DNA of 58,451 nt, from positions 1 through 58,451 of the IMG/VR virus record IMGVR_UViG_3300031669_000033; one strand, given 5' to 3'. The stretch comes from a virus. Taxonomy: Duplodnaviria; Caudoviricetes. A model generated the notes under the pieces. It ran no database searches, had not been told where the DNA came from, and saw only the letters and a list, made by a program, of their open reading frames with translations. Positions within the stretch are counted from its first letter, which is position 1. Every line of letters begins with the position of its first letter. The position numbers and the translations under genes were made by a program. Of this stretch, positions 1-9,342 are shown piece by piece.

Positions 1-2
1 TC

Positions 3-203
3 AGCCGGCTGTTCCTGCGCTTCCTCGATGATCGGTGCGGGATGCTGGAGCGGTCAATGGTCGGGCGCGTGCTGGAGCAAGGCGGCGCGGCACCGCTGGA
101 TGAAATGCGCGGCCGGTGCCAGGAGGCGCGCGATCTGATGGCGCTCAAGCTGGGCGACGTGGCGGCGTTCTATGATGTCGCGCCGGGCGAGGATAAGTCG
201 TGA
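3..203 (+). CDS. C-terminal part of a small head-module hypothetical protein (5' truncated by the window)
   Basis: Open frame from nt 3 (SRLFLRFLDDR...DVAPGEDKS*). Its TGA overlaps the GTG of the next gene. Confidence 0.6.
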   Translation, partial: SRLFLRFLDDRCGMLERSMVGRVLEQGGAAPLDEMRGRCQEARDLMALKLGDVAAFYDVAPGEDKS

Positions 204-622
204 CGCTGGATGAGGCAGTCGCCGAGTTCGAGCAGTCGTTCGTGGTGACGGCGGGCGAGGCCTATGTCTCGCCCGATCAGATCGCCGATTGGGATCGGGC
301 GCCGTCGGGAGATCAGTGGGTGACGCTGACCAGCGGCGGCCTGCAGTCTGCGGGCTCGCCGGCGCCGGCATATTTCACCAGCGAGGATGCGGCGGTGTCG
401 GCGTGGCTGCGGGCGGCCTTCGCCTATGCGGACAAGCGCGGGGGCCATGATCTCTACTGGTTGATGCGGCCGGTCTATCGTGAAGCCGAGTATCGCGCGC
501 TGGATCAGGCGGCGGTGCTGAACATTCCGGCTTTGCGTGATACGGTCATGATGCAACTAGGCATTGTGCATAGTCGGCTCGTCGTGAGCCGGGGCAAAGA
601 CAACGAGGACGGCGAGGCATGA
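200..622 (+). CDS. hypothetical protein
   Basis: 140-aa ORF coupled to both neighbours by GTGA/ATGA overlaps. Confidence 0.7.
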   Translation: MTLDEAVAEFEQSFVVTAGEAYVSPDQIADWDRAPSGDQWVTLTSGGLQSAGSPAPAYFTSEDAAVSAWLRAAFAYADKRGGHDLYWLMRPVYREAEYRALDQAAVLNIPALRDTVMMQLGIVHSRLVVSRGKDNEDGEA

Positions 623-1017
623 AAGACCGCATTTTGGCTACGATCCACGGACAGTTCGCGCTCGGGGTGTGGGGTGGGCGGAACGCATCGGGGATACAGC
701 CGGTCGGGGACAAGCTGTTGGTGTTGGTCGATGTGGCGCTGGAAAAGACGCGCGGCGGGGTGATCATCACCGAACAGAGCGCGGAGGCCCAAACCCTAAG
801 CAGCACGACGGGCATCGTCGTGGCGATGGGTGACCAGGCGTTCGCGCGGGATAGCGATCGGCTGATGGAGTGGGCGGGGCGCGCGCCGGAGGTCGGGGAG
901 CGCGTCTATTTCCAGCGCTATGCGGGCCAGGAATATACCGGGCTGGATGGCAAGATGTACCGGGTCATGCAGGACCGGTCGGTGGCGGCGATCGAGGAGG
1001 TTCCGGCGGCCGAGTAG
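619..1017 (+). CDS. groES: GroES/Cpn10-like co-chaperonin
   Basis: IQPVGDKLLV, KTRGGVII, TGIVVAMG and VGERVYFQRYAG match Cpn10 motifs. No GroEL gene in the window. Confidence 0.85.
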   Translation: MKDRILATIHGQFALGVWGGRNASGIQPVGDKLLVLVDVALEKTRGGVIITEQSAEAQTLSSTTGIVVAMGDQAFARDSDRLMEWAGRAPEVGERVYFQRYAGQEYTGLDGKMYRVMQDRSVAAIEEVPAAE

Positions 1018-1057
1018 GGGCGCCGGGCGGCAATAGGCAATCAGGAAGGACACGGCA

Positions 1058-2161
1058 ATGTCGGGGCGGCAGGGACAAGCGGACGGCGGTCGATCGCGGT
1101 TCGAGGATGACGAGGAGGATCTGCGCGCCGGTGCGGGCGGCGACGCCGGTGCGGGCGGCGGGGATGACGCGGGCGGCGGCGGCGAAGATGACGCAGCGGT
1201 CGAGGCGCGGGCGCGCAAGCATGGATGGAAACCGCTGGCCGAGTTCCGCGGCGATCCGAAGGTGTGGCGCTCGGCGGCCGAGTATCTCGCGCGGGGCGAC
1301 GAGGAGCTGCCCATCCTCCGGGAACGGCTGCGCACCATCGAGCAGCGGTCGGAGCGGGCCGAGGCGCGGGCGCGGGCGGCGGAAAAACTGCAGGAGGAGG
1401 CGCTCGCGGTCTCGCGTGATGTCTCGGCGCGGCTGCGCACGGCCGATGAGCGGGCGCTGGCGAAGGCGCGGCGTGAGCTTGAGGCGCGGCGGGATGAGGC
1501 CATCGACGCGGCCGATCGTGAAGCGGTGCGCGCGGTCGACCGTGAGTTGCAGGAACTGGAAACGACGGCAGCGCCGCCGGCGCGGCAGCCTCCGGCGGCT
1601 GATGTGGGTGCCGGTGGGGCTGGCGCGACGCCGCATCCGGACGCGGTCGCCTGGGGGCGGCGTAATCCGTGGTTCGGCGAGGACTCGGAGCTGCGATCGG
1701 TGGCGACGGGCGTTCACACGCGGCTGCTGGCGGCGGAGCCGGATCTGTCGCTGGCGCAGAATCTGGAACGGGTGACGGCTGCGATGGCGGCGATGTTCCC
1801 GGATCGGGTCCAGGGGGCTCCGGCTCGGCGGCGGCGGGATCCCGACGATGAGGACGAGTATGGTGCGGGTGGCAGGAACGAACGGGACGACGATCGCGGT
1901 CGCGGTCGGGATCGCGGTGCACGCGATGATTCCGATGGCGATCGGCGTCGTCGGCAGCCGGCCGCGGTGGATAGCGGGCAGGAAGCGCCGTCTCGACGCC
2001 AGCGTGGTGGGGCGCGCTCGTTTGCCAACATGCCGGCCGAATCCAAAGAGGCGTTCCAGCGCTATCGCACGGCTCTGGCGTCGAAGCCGGGCGGCAAGGA
2101 CAACCCGCTTACGGAGGCGGAATGGGCCAAAACGTATTGGGATCAGTTTGAGGAGCAGTGA
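1058..2161 (+). CDS. putative capsid scaffolding protein
   Basis: ARKHGWKPLAEF motif, coiled-coil, W..RNPWF motif and an R/D-rich linker; lies upstream of the capsid genes. Confidence 0.7.
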   Translation: MSGRQGQADGGRSRFEDDEEDLRAGAGGDAGAGGGDDAGGGGEDDAAVEARARKHGWKPLAEFRGDPKVWRSAAEYLARGDEELPILRERLRTIEQRSERAEARARAAEKLQEEALAVSRDVSARLRTADERALAKARRELEARRDEAIDAADREAVRAVDRELQELETTAAPPARQPPAADVGAGGAGATPHPDAVAWGRRNPWFGEDSELRSVATGVHTRLLAAEPDLSLAQNLERVTAAMAAMFPDRVQGAPARRRRDPDDEDEYGAGGRNERDDDRGRGRDRGARDDSDGDRRRRQPAAVDSGQEAPSRRQRGGARSFANMPAESKEAFQRYRTALASKPGGKDNPLTEAEWAKTYWDQFEEQ

Positions 2162-2162
2162 G

Positions 2163-2756
2163 ATGGCGAAGCGTGCAACGCCGGTGCGGCGTGGACAGAT
2201 GGCAGGGCGTGCGGCGGCCGAGGCGCAGGATCGGCCTGGCGGGGTGGAGCAGGCTGGGGCCGGGCGGGCGCCGATGGATGCGGATCCGGGGGCGGCGGCT
2301 CGGGCCCGGGTGCGTGCGGCGGCGCGGGCGGCCGAGGCGATCGGCGATGGCGCCGGCGGTGCAACCGGGCAGGCATCGCGGCGCCAGTCGACGGAGCGGC
2401 AGCCGTTCGGCATGCAGGAGCAGCAGATGCTGGTGGCGCCGATTCCGGGCTTCCGGCAGTACTGGTTCAATGACACGCCGGGTCGCATCGCGCGGGCGGT
2501 GAAGGCGGGATATTCGCATGTGATCGATCCGGAAACGGACGAGCCAAAGCGGATGCTTGCCGGTCGGCATGAAAGTCGGCCGGAGGGGATGCAGGCGTAC
2601 TTGATGAAAATCCCGCAGGAGTGGTATGACGAAGACCACGGCGCGGCTGCAGATGCTTTGGCGGCTCGTCTGGATGATATCCGGACCGGGCGCGGCCAGG
2701 GCGAGAACCAGTATGTTCAAGACCGCCACCGCGTTGAAAACGGCAGCCGGCGCTAG
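2163..2756 (+). CDS. conserved head-module protein
   Basis: GAGGAG RBS before ATG 2163. PGFRQYWFND...GRI...GY and YLMKIP.EWY.ED motifs are typical of the gene between scaffold and capsid. Confidence 0.7.
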   Translation: MAKRATPVRRGQMAGRAAAEAQDRPGGVEQAGAGRAPMDADPGAAARARVRAAARAAEAIGDGAGGATGQASRRQSTERQPFGMQEQQMLVAPIPGFRQYWFNDTPGRIARAVKAGYSHVIDPETDEPKRMLAGRHESRPEGMQAYLMKIPQEWYDEDHGAAADALAARLDDIRTGRGQGENQYVQDRHRVENGSRR

Positions 2757-2900
2757 GTTCGGTTGAGCGCGCAGAGCGCAATTAGCCGAGGCGAGTAGGC
2801 TTCGGATTGGGCAGAGCAAACAGCCCCATTCTATCAGGCATTCATTCGGCTGCGGTCAATCCGGACCCAGCCGCGGCGCGTCCTGTATGGGATCATGCTC

Positions 2901-3500
2901 ATGGCCAATCCGAACGCCCCCCGCGGGCTCATTCCCTACGCATATCAGGGCGGCGGTCCCTATAACGGGGCGGTCAGCACCTATTATGTCCCGGTCGGCA
3001 ACGCCACGGCGCTGTTCATCGGTGATCCGGTGATCCTGATCACGAACAGTTCGGACGGCAACGGTGTGCAGTCGGTCGGCATCGCCACGGCGGGTGCGAC
3101 CAACTACATCCTCGGCTCGTTCCAGGGCATTTCGAACAATGCCGGCCGCGCGACCATCCCGTTGCTGCAGTCCTCGCCGGTCTATCTGCCGGCCGGGCAG
3201 GCGGCGTATGTTTACGTCGCTGACGATCCCAATCTGCTCTATTGGGCGCAGGAGGACAGCGCCGGTGGCGCGATGGTCTCCGGTGCATCGGGGCAGAACG
3301 TCAATCTCGTGGCGGGCGCCGGCAACACCACCAGCGGTTACTCCGGGTGGATGCTGCAGAGTTCCTCGCTGAACGTCGACGCGACGTATCAGATGCGGAT
3401 CATGCAGATGCTGCAGGAGGCCGACAATGCGGTGGGGGCCTATGCCAAGTGGATGTGCCGCATCAATCTGAACGCCGTTAACCGGCAGCTCGGCATCTAA
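2901..3500 (+). CDS. capsid decoration/cement-like protein
   Basis: MAN.NAP.GL.P, FIGDPV and V.DDP motifs; immediately upstream of the major capsid gene. Confidence 0.7.
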   Translation: MANPNAPRGLIPYAYQGGGPYNGAVSTYYVPVGNATALFIGDPVILITNSSDGNGVQSVGIATAGATNYILGSFQGISNNAGRATIPLLQSSPVYLPAGQAAYVYVADDPNLLYWAQEDSAGGAMVSGASGQNVNLVAGAGNTTSGYSGWMLQSSSLNVDATYQMRIMQMLQEADNAVGAYAKWMCRINLNAVNRQLGI

Positions 3501-3525
3501 GCCGCGGTACTGAGGAGCATCCCAA

Positions 3526-4434
3526 ATGGCCGCTATCACCACCGGCGCACATCCCAAAGCACTCTGGCCGGGCATCTATGCCTGGTGGGGGCGTTCCTAC
3601 GCGGAACACGTTCCCGAGTTCCCGGATCTGTTCGAGACGGAGACGTCGACCAAGGCGTACGAGGAGGAAGTCGAAATCACCGGCTTCGGCCTGGCGCCGG
3701 TCAAGCCGCAGGGCAAGCAGATCTACTACGATACGGAGACGCAGGGCGCGGTCTCGCGTTACACCCACGTCGCCTACGCGCTGGGCTACATCGTGACGTA
3801 CGAAGAACTGCGGGACGATCTTTACGAGGTCGTGTCGCGGCGCCGCGCGCAGCAGCTGGCCTATTCGATGCGGCAGACGAAGGAGAACATCCTGGCGGCC
3901 GTGTACAATCAGGGCTTCGACGCCACGTCGCTGGGCGCCGATGGGGTGCCGCTGTTCTCGGCGTCCCATCCGACGTTGCCGGGCAACCAGAGCAACGTCC
4001 TGGCGACGCCGGCGGATCTGTCGGAGGCGGCGGTCGAGGATATGTGCATCCAGATCATGCAGACCACCAACAATCGGGGGCTCAAGATCTCGAGCCTGCC
4101 GCAGAGCCTGCATGTTCCGACGCAGTTGTTCTTCGACGCGAATCGCATCTACAATTCGGTTCTGCAGAACGACACCGCAAACAACGCCGTGAACGTGTTG
4201 AAGGCGGTGGGCGTGTTCCCGAAGGGGATCAAGGTCAACCACTATTTCTCGTCGGCCACTGCCTGGTTCGTGCGGACGAACATCCCGCGCTCCCTGCAGT
4301 ATTTCTCGCGTGATGCGATCAGCTTCGACCAGGACAACGATTTCGACACCAAGAACGCCAAGGCAGCCTGTTACGAGCGGTATTCGGCCTTCTGGTCGGA
4401 TTTCCGCGGCGTTTACGGCAGCGCGGGCGTCTGA
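3526..4434 (+). CDS. major capsid protein (HK97 fold)
   Basis: 302 aa, strong GAGGAG RBS, GFGLAPVK.G, DGVPLFS.SHP and DFDT.N...ERYS.FWSDFRG motifs; followed by a terminator. Confidence 0.9.
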   Translation: MAAITTGAHPKALWPGIYAWWGRSYAEHVPEFPDLFETETSTKAYEEEVEITGFGLAPVKPQGKQIYYDTETQGAVSRYTHVAYALGYIVTYEELRDDLYEVVSRRRAQQLAYSMRQTKENILAAVYNQGFDATSLGADGVPLFSASHPTLPGNQSNVLATPADLSEAAVEDMCIQIMQTTNNRGLKISSLPQSLHVPTQLFFDANRIYNSVLQNDTANNAVNVLKAVGVFPKGIKVNHYFSSATAWFVRTNIPRSLQYFSRDAISFDQDNDFDTKNAKAACYERYSAFWSDFRGVYGSAGV

Positions 4435-4500
4435 TCGGCGGCGGTCGGCGGCTGGTGGGGGCTCGGCGCTCTAGGCTGGCACGCTGACCATACATGCGGC

Positions 4501-4537
4501 AAAGTGGCGCATCGGGGAAACCTGGGGCGCCATTTTT
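4501..4537 (+). terminator. Rho-independent terminator after the major capsid gene
   Basis: TGGCGC-ATCGGG-GAAA-CCTGG-GGCGCCA stem followed by TTTTT. Confidence 0.65.
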
Positions 4538-4564
4538 GTGCGCTCATCGCAAGGGAGACGAGCA

Positions 4565-4975
4565 ATGGCTTTGCAGCATATTCTGCGGGTGGACATGGTG
4601 AACGGGTTACATCTGGAGTTCGCGTTTCGGAGCCGGGAGGCCGGTCAGGCGAACCAGGACAAGGTTCGATCTGTGATGGCGGATGTGCGGGAAAATCCGG
4701 ACAAGATCGGCGAGGGCGCGCTGGTGATGATCGAGGACGAGCAGGGCCGTGCCGGGCTGGTAGATGGCGCGGTGGTGCAGGCGGTGGCGCTGGTGGATCT
4801 GGCGCGCGAGGTCGAGGGCACGGTCGAGCAGCAGGCGCTGATCGAGGCGACGAAGGCGAAGGCGGTGGCGAAGGAGCAGGCGCGGCATCGGTTGGAGGCG
4901 TCGGTGGCGGCGCGGCCGGGGATCGTGGTGCCGCGGCGGGGCATGCTTCCGGTGGATGGGTTCGATCGGGTCTGA
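4565..4975 (+). CDS. hypothetical protein
   Basis: AGGGAG RBS and natural composition (MALQHILRVD...). Confidence 0.7.
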   Translation: MALQHILRVDMVNGLHLEFAFRSREAGQANQDKVRSVMADVRENPDKIGEGALVMIEDEQGRAGLVDGAVVQAVALVDLAREVEGTVEQQALIEATKAKAVAKEQARHRLEASVAARPGIVVPRRGMLPVDGFDRV

Positions 4976-4984
4976 CGGGCTACG

Positions 4985-5455
4985 GTGACCGCTGGGCGCC
5001 CTGTGGGTCTATGCCGGCTCTGTCGGGCGCCCATGATCCCGGGCGGCCGGTGGCGGCCATCGCTGGACCATATCCTGCCGCGTGTGCGGGGTGGTCGGGA
5101 TCTCCTGCACGGTGACGTGCGCAACACTCGGTTGATGTGCCAGGACTGCAATGGGCTGCTCGCGGCGTGCGGGCAGTGCCTGGGCGCGCTCGCGGCGGTG
5201 TCGTCGGTTGCTGCCGACGTGGATGTAGCGCGGAAGACGATCGCGCGGCGGTGGCGCCTGGCGGAAATTGAACGGGCAGGACGGGCTCGGCGTGCCGGGT
5301 TGGTTCCGGACGCCGAGGCGGCGCGGCGGCGGGCGGCGCTGATGGCGGAAGTGGAGCGGATCAGGCTGGATGAGTTCGTCTGGCCGGAGGACACGCCCGC
5401 GAAGGTGGTTTGGAACCGGCTGACTCTGGCCAGCCGGCGCCGGGCTCGGGGCTAG
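4985..5455 (+). CDS. HNH endonuclease-family protein
   Basis: CRLC...SLDHILPRVRGG...N..LMCQDCN zinc/HNH motif. Confidence 0.75.
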   Translation: MTAGRPVGLCRLCRAPMIPGGRWRPSLDHILPRVRGGRDLLHGDVRNTRLMCQDCNGLLAACGQCLGALAAVSSVAADVDVARKTIARRWRLAEIERAGRARRAGLVPDAEAARRRAALMAEVERIRLDEFVWPEDTPAKVVWNRLTLASRRRARG

Positions 5456-5637
5456 GCTTTCTTGCGGGGGCCGGCCTTGGCCTTCGTCTTGGCGTCCAGC
5501 GCGGCCTGGCCTGCCTTGTCCATCCGCTTGTCGGTCGCGGTGTCTTCCCATTGGCCAGGGGTTTTGCCGGCCTTCTTGGCGGCGGCGGCATCGCGCTTCT
5601 TGTCGAGGGGGCTGCCTTCGTATTTCGGCTTGGCCAT
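5452..5637 (-). CDS. small basic (Lys/Ala-rich) protein
   Basis: MAKPKYEGSPLDKKRD...WEDTATDKRMD internal repeat; converges on the HNH gene. Confidence 0.6.
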   Translation of the reverse strand: MAKPKYEGSPLDKKRDAAAAKKAGKTPGQWEDTATDKRMDKAGQAALDAKTKAKAGPRKKA

Positions 5638-5973
5638 GTGGTTCACCATCGGTGGGTGTGAAGCAAAAGAAGCAAAGCCGGCAAAAGTTTTTTTGCTCCT
5701 TTTGCTCGGGTCGAAAGAGGTAGGCGCTGCGCATCACGGTGAAGCGATGCCCGGGAAGTTTCTCACCGCCATGTCTTCCAGGATGAAAGCGCACGACGCA
5801 TCGCTTTGCTGGTCGGCACAGCCCGGTTGAACGATGATCACTCAGCAGCCGGCGCACCATAGCGGCGCGGTTTTGTTGCTCGCAAGAGCCGGATGCCATA
5901 TCGTGCGGCCGATCGCGCTAGGCAGCCGCGTGATTTCCCCAAGCCCGGCACTTTGTGCCCACAGGAGATCCCA

Positions 5974-6894
5974 ATGGCCGCAACCGCACTCTACGCGCCC
6001 GCGCATCGTGTTCGCCCCCGCACCGCCAATGGCCACGGCTCGCCCGATCAGGCGCCCAGCATGGATTATGGCGGCATCGGGCTGCAGGATCCGCGCCTGG
6101 CCTACGATGTCGCCAACAGCGCGACCGGCGCCGGCATCCTCGGCTGGATCGGTGGCGGGGCGATCAAGGTTGCGTCGGCGGTTCCGGCGGTGAAGTCGGC
6201 GACCAACATTGCGGCCGCGGCCAACGCGGTCTCGGGCGTGGCGATGGCGCTGGTAAGCTCGACGGGCGCGGGCATCACCGTGGTGCCCACCGGCGGCTTT
6301 CGGCCGTTCCCCAATTACAGCATCAGCATCCCGGCGGGCGCGCTGGCGATCGACGGGCTGCCGTCGTACACGCGGTTCGGCTCGCACTTCATCACCGCCT
6401 TCTACAATCCGGCGGCGGCGATCGCGCGCTGCGTGACCATCACCGGGGCCACGTCGGGCACCGGTGGCGCGTTCCTGATCTCGGGCTGGGACTTCTATGG
6501 CTATCCGATGAGCCAGCTGCTGACCGTCGGCGCCGGCGCGGTCTCGGCGACGACCGGGAAGGCATTCAAGTTCATCGGCTCGGTCGTGCCGCAGTTCTCC
6601 GACGCGCACACCTATTCGGTGGGGACCGCGGATGTCTTCGGGCTCAATCTGGCGGCCGACTATTTCGGCGATTGCCGCATCCTGTGGGACAACGTCGCGG
6701 CGCTGGCGGCCACGTTCACGCCCGCGGTGACGACGGATCCCGCTACCACGCTGACCGGGGATGTGCGGGGTCGCTTCACGCCGGCCACGGCATCCGACGG
6801 GACACGGCGCCTGGACCTGTTCGTCCAGCCTTCGCTGGCGCGGCTGGCGGCGTCGTCCATGCGGGTGGGCCTGTTCGGGGTCGCCCAGGCGTAA
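5974..6894 (+). CDS. virion structural protein
   Basis: AGGAG RBS. ARCVTITG..ISGWDFYGYPMS..GKAFKFI..SVGT.DVFG motifs are typical of podovirus-like minor structural proteins. Confidence 0.7.
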   Translation: MAATALYAPAHRVRPRTANGHGSPDQAPSMDYGGIGLQDPRLAYDVANSATGAGILGWIGGGAIKVASAVPAVKSATNIAAAANAVSGVAMALVSSTGAGITVVPTGGFRPFPNYSISIPAGALAIDGLPSYTRFGSHFITAFYNPAAAIARCVTITGATSGTGGAFLISGWDFYGYPMSQLLTVGAGAVSATTGKAFKFIGSVVPQFSDAHTYSVGTADVFGLNLAADYFGDCRILWDNVAALAATFTPAVTTDPATTLTGDVRGRFTPATASDGTRRLDLFVQPSLARLAASSMRVGLFGVAQA

Positions 6895-6918
6895 CGCGGC
6901 GCGCTGGAGGAGGGTCGA

Positions 6919-7350
6919 ATGGTGGATATAGTGACGTCGCAGGTGCTGGAGAACGGCGCATCGAGACTGGTTATGAAATTCACGAATCTCTCCGATGGTA
7001 CGGGAGAGATGGGCGTCGTGAAGGTCGACGCGACGGATGTTACCTATGCCAACCGGGTGCAGGGCAACGTGATGCTGCCGGGCACGTCGCTCAAGATCAC
7101 GGGCCTATGGTACGATGTGGCGAGCATGGGGCTCCGTCTGCAGTGGGCGGCAACGGTAGCCACGGACATTCTCGTCCTTGGCGGATTTGGGCAGTGGGGC
7201 TTCCGCGATCTCCGTGGCGGGTTTCAGGGGCTGATCAATCCCAAAGCTGCCGGTGCGACGGGGTCGATCCAGTTCAGCACGATCGGGGCTGCGGCGAATA
7301 GTTCGTATTCGGTGATTCTGGAAATGATCAAAGGGGTGCCACAGTCATGA
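6919..7350 (+). CDS. virion structural protein
   Basis: V.SQ.LE.G.R.VMKFTN.SDGTGE..V.KVD motif; GGAGG RBS. Confidence 0.7.
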   Translation: MVDIVTSQVLENGASRLVMKFTNLSDGTGEMGVVKVDATDVTYANRVQGNVMLPGTSLKITGLWYDVASMGLRLQWAATVATDILVLGGFGQWGFRDLRGGFQGLINPKAAGATGSIQFSTIGAAANSSYSVILEMIKGVPQS

Positions 7351-7695
7351 AATGGGAGGGTTTTACCGGCCGTCAGGAGGTTGTGGCTTCGGGTGCGGGT
7401 GGGAGGCCGGTTCCGGTGGTTTCGGCAGCGGGGCAGTTCGTCCTGACCTATCAGCTGTCGTTGGGGACTTCGGCATCCGAGATCGCTTATGACTCGAGCG
7501 GGCGCGTTTCGCTGACGGTGGTCAATATGGGGTCGGTCGACGTGTTCCTGGGACCGTCGGGGGTGAGCGCTACGGACGGCATTCTTCTGGTCGGCACCCG
7601 CGGTGCGTCGATCACCATCGCTACAACGGGGGGCGGTTTTCGGTGTGGTCGCAGCGGGGTCGCAGACCGTGTCGGTGCTGGATATCAGTTTATGA
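7347..7695 (+). CDS. small beta-rich structural protein with an apparent +1 frameshift in a G6 run
   Basis: The ORF reads naturally to ...SITIATTG. Removing one G from 7628-7633 gives AVFGVVAAGSQTVSVLDISL* (TGA 7693-7695). The unshifted frame runs to 7739 with atypical sequence. Confidence 0.6.
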
Positions 7696-7850
7696 GCGGG
7701 AATCCGTGTGCCTTCCGCCGCTCCGGGGTGGCGCGCTGATGATGGATATCCGGCCGAGTTAGAGCGTGACGCGGTGCGAAGCGACACCGCCGCGATTGGC
7801 GACGAGCAGCAGCCAAAAGGGCCGTCGATTGGCGGCGGAAAGGGGCAGAG

Positions 7851-8351
7851 ATGGCGGATGACCGGCACTATCGCGGCGGCGATCACTACCAGTTGGACGA
7901 CAATTCGGGCTTCAAGGTGCGTGCCTCAGCAACGCGGATGCAGTGGAATTCGATTGTTACCAAGCCGGCGCACTTCAATCCGCGGCAGCCGCAGGATCTG
8001 GTGACGGGGGTTCGGGACGAGCAGGGCGTGGCAGTGCCGCGGAGCCGGCAGCGGAATCAGTTCATGGTGGTCGGCACCATCGTCACCGCGCTCGGTGCGC
8101 GGGGTGCAACCACGATCGAGGTCGAGGGAACGGCGGGCTTCAATGTGGGTGATGCCTGCCAGGTGATGCTGGATTCCGGAGAGCAGTTCCGCTTCACGCT
8201 GGATTCGAAGACGGCGACGACGCTGTCGTGGCTCGGCGCCGGGCTGCCGGCCACGGTCGGCAGCGCGCTGGGGGATCCGCTGGAGAACCAGGTGTTGGAC
8301 CTGACGTCGGCGCTGGTGCCTCCCAGCACGCTGCCCATCCCGGCGTATTGA
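7851..8351 (+). CDS. conserved neck-region protein with a C-terminal beta-domain
   Basis: DDNSGFKV..W....PRQPQD N-terminal motif; C-terminal GATTIEV..GF.VGD..QVMLDSG domain. Confidence 0.7.
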   Translation: MADDRHYRGGDHYQLDDNSGFKVRASATRMQWNSIVTKPAHFNPRQPQDLVTGVRDEQGVAVPRSRQRNQFMVVGTIVTALGARGATTIEVEGTAGFNVGDACQVMLDSGEQFRFTLDSKTATTLSWLGAGLPATVGSALGDPLENQVLDLTSALVPPSTLPIPAY

Positions 8352-8352
8352 C

Positions 8353-9342
8353 ATGGCAGTTCCGGTAACCAGCGGCGTCACCGGCTTCACGCAGTCGGCG
8401 TTCGATCTCATCTCGGCGGCGCTCCGGCTGTGCAATGTGATCTCGGAAGAGGAAGTCCCGACGGCATCGATGGCACAGCGAACGCTCGAGGCGCTCAATG
8501 CGATGGCGACCGGGTGGCAGGCCAGCGGCATCCATGTGTGGACGTCGGTGGAGAGCATCCTGTTCGTTCAGCCGGGGCAGACGCAGTACCTGCTCGGGAG
8601 CGGCAGCACGGATCATGCCTGCCTGTTCTCGGACCTGGCGCAGTCGCGGCTTTCCTTCACGGCAGATGCGGGCGCTTCGTCGGTTCTGGTGACGTCGATC
8701 GCGGGCCTGGCCGCAGGGGACAATTTCGGCATCCAGTTGGATGCGGGGGTGAATTTCTGGACGACGATCGTGGGAACGCCAGCGGGCTCGACAGTCACGC
8801 TGGCGGATGCGCTTCCAAGCGCGGCTACGGGCGAGGCGATCACCTTCGGCTACGGTGCAGGCTTGCTGCGGCCGCTCCGGGTGCCGGCGGCGCGGCGCTA
8901 TATCTACGCGAGCGGTATTCAGAACAACATAACTGTGCTTTCGCAGCAGGATTACGACCAGTTGCCCAATCCATTTCAGACCGGGCAAATCAACCAGTTT
9001 TTCTACCAGCCCACAACCGGCAACGGGGTGTATTCGGAACCGCTTGGGCAGTTCAACGTATGGCAGACGCCGGCGGATTATTATGCCGGAGTGCGCTTCA
9101 TCTCGCAGCGGCCATTGCAGAATTTCGTCACGCTGGCGGATATTCCGGATTTCCCGGCCGAGTGGACGGCGACGCTGCGGTGGAACCTGGCGCTTGAGAT
9201 CGCGCCCGAGTATGACGTGCCGATCGAGCGGGTGGAGCTGATCCGGGCGAAGGCGACGGAGTGGTTCGCTCGGGCGTCGTCGTGGGATCGTGAGCCGCAG
9301 CCGATCCTGTTCGGCATGGCGATGTCGCCGGGATATCGCTGA
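8353..9342 (+). CDS. head-tail adaptor (P22 gp4-like) with an inserted domain
   Basis: DLI.AALRLC.V...LN.M...W N-terminus and DFP.EW...LRWNLA.EIAPEY C-terminus. Confidence 0.75.
   Translation: MAVPVTSGVTGFTQSAFDLISAALRLCNVISEEEVPTASMAQRTLEALNAMATGWQASGIHVWTSVESILFVQPGQTQYLLGSGSTDHACLFSDLAQSRLSFTADAGASSVLVTSIAGLAAGDNFGIQLDAGVNFWTTIVGTPAGSTVTLADALPSAATGEAITFGYGAGLLRPLRVPAARRYIYASGIQNNITVLSQQDYDQLPNPFQTGQINQFFYQPTTGNGVYSEPLGQFNVWQTPADYYAGVRFISQRPLQNFVTLADIPDFPAEWTATLRWNLALEIAPEYDVPIERVELIRAKATEWFARASSWDREPQPILFGMAMSPGYR

Noticed and set aside
1820-1960. Repetitive GAC/CGG-rich DNA in the scaffold gene
   Set aside because: Explained by a low-complexity Arg/Asp protein linker.
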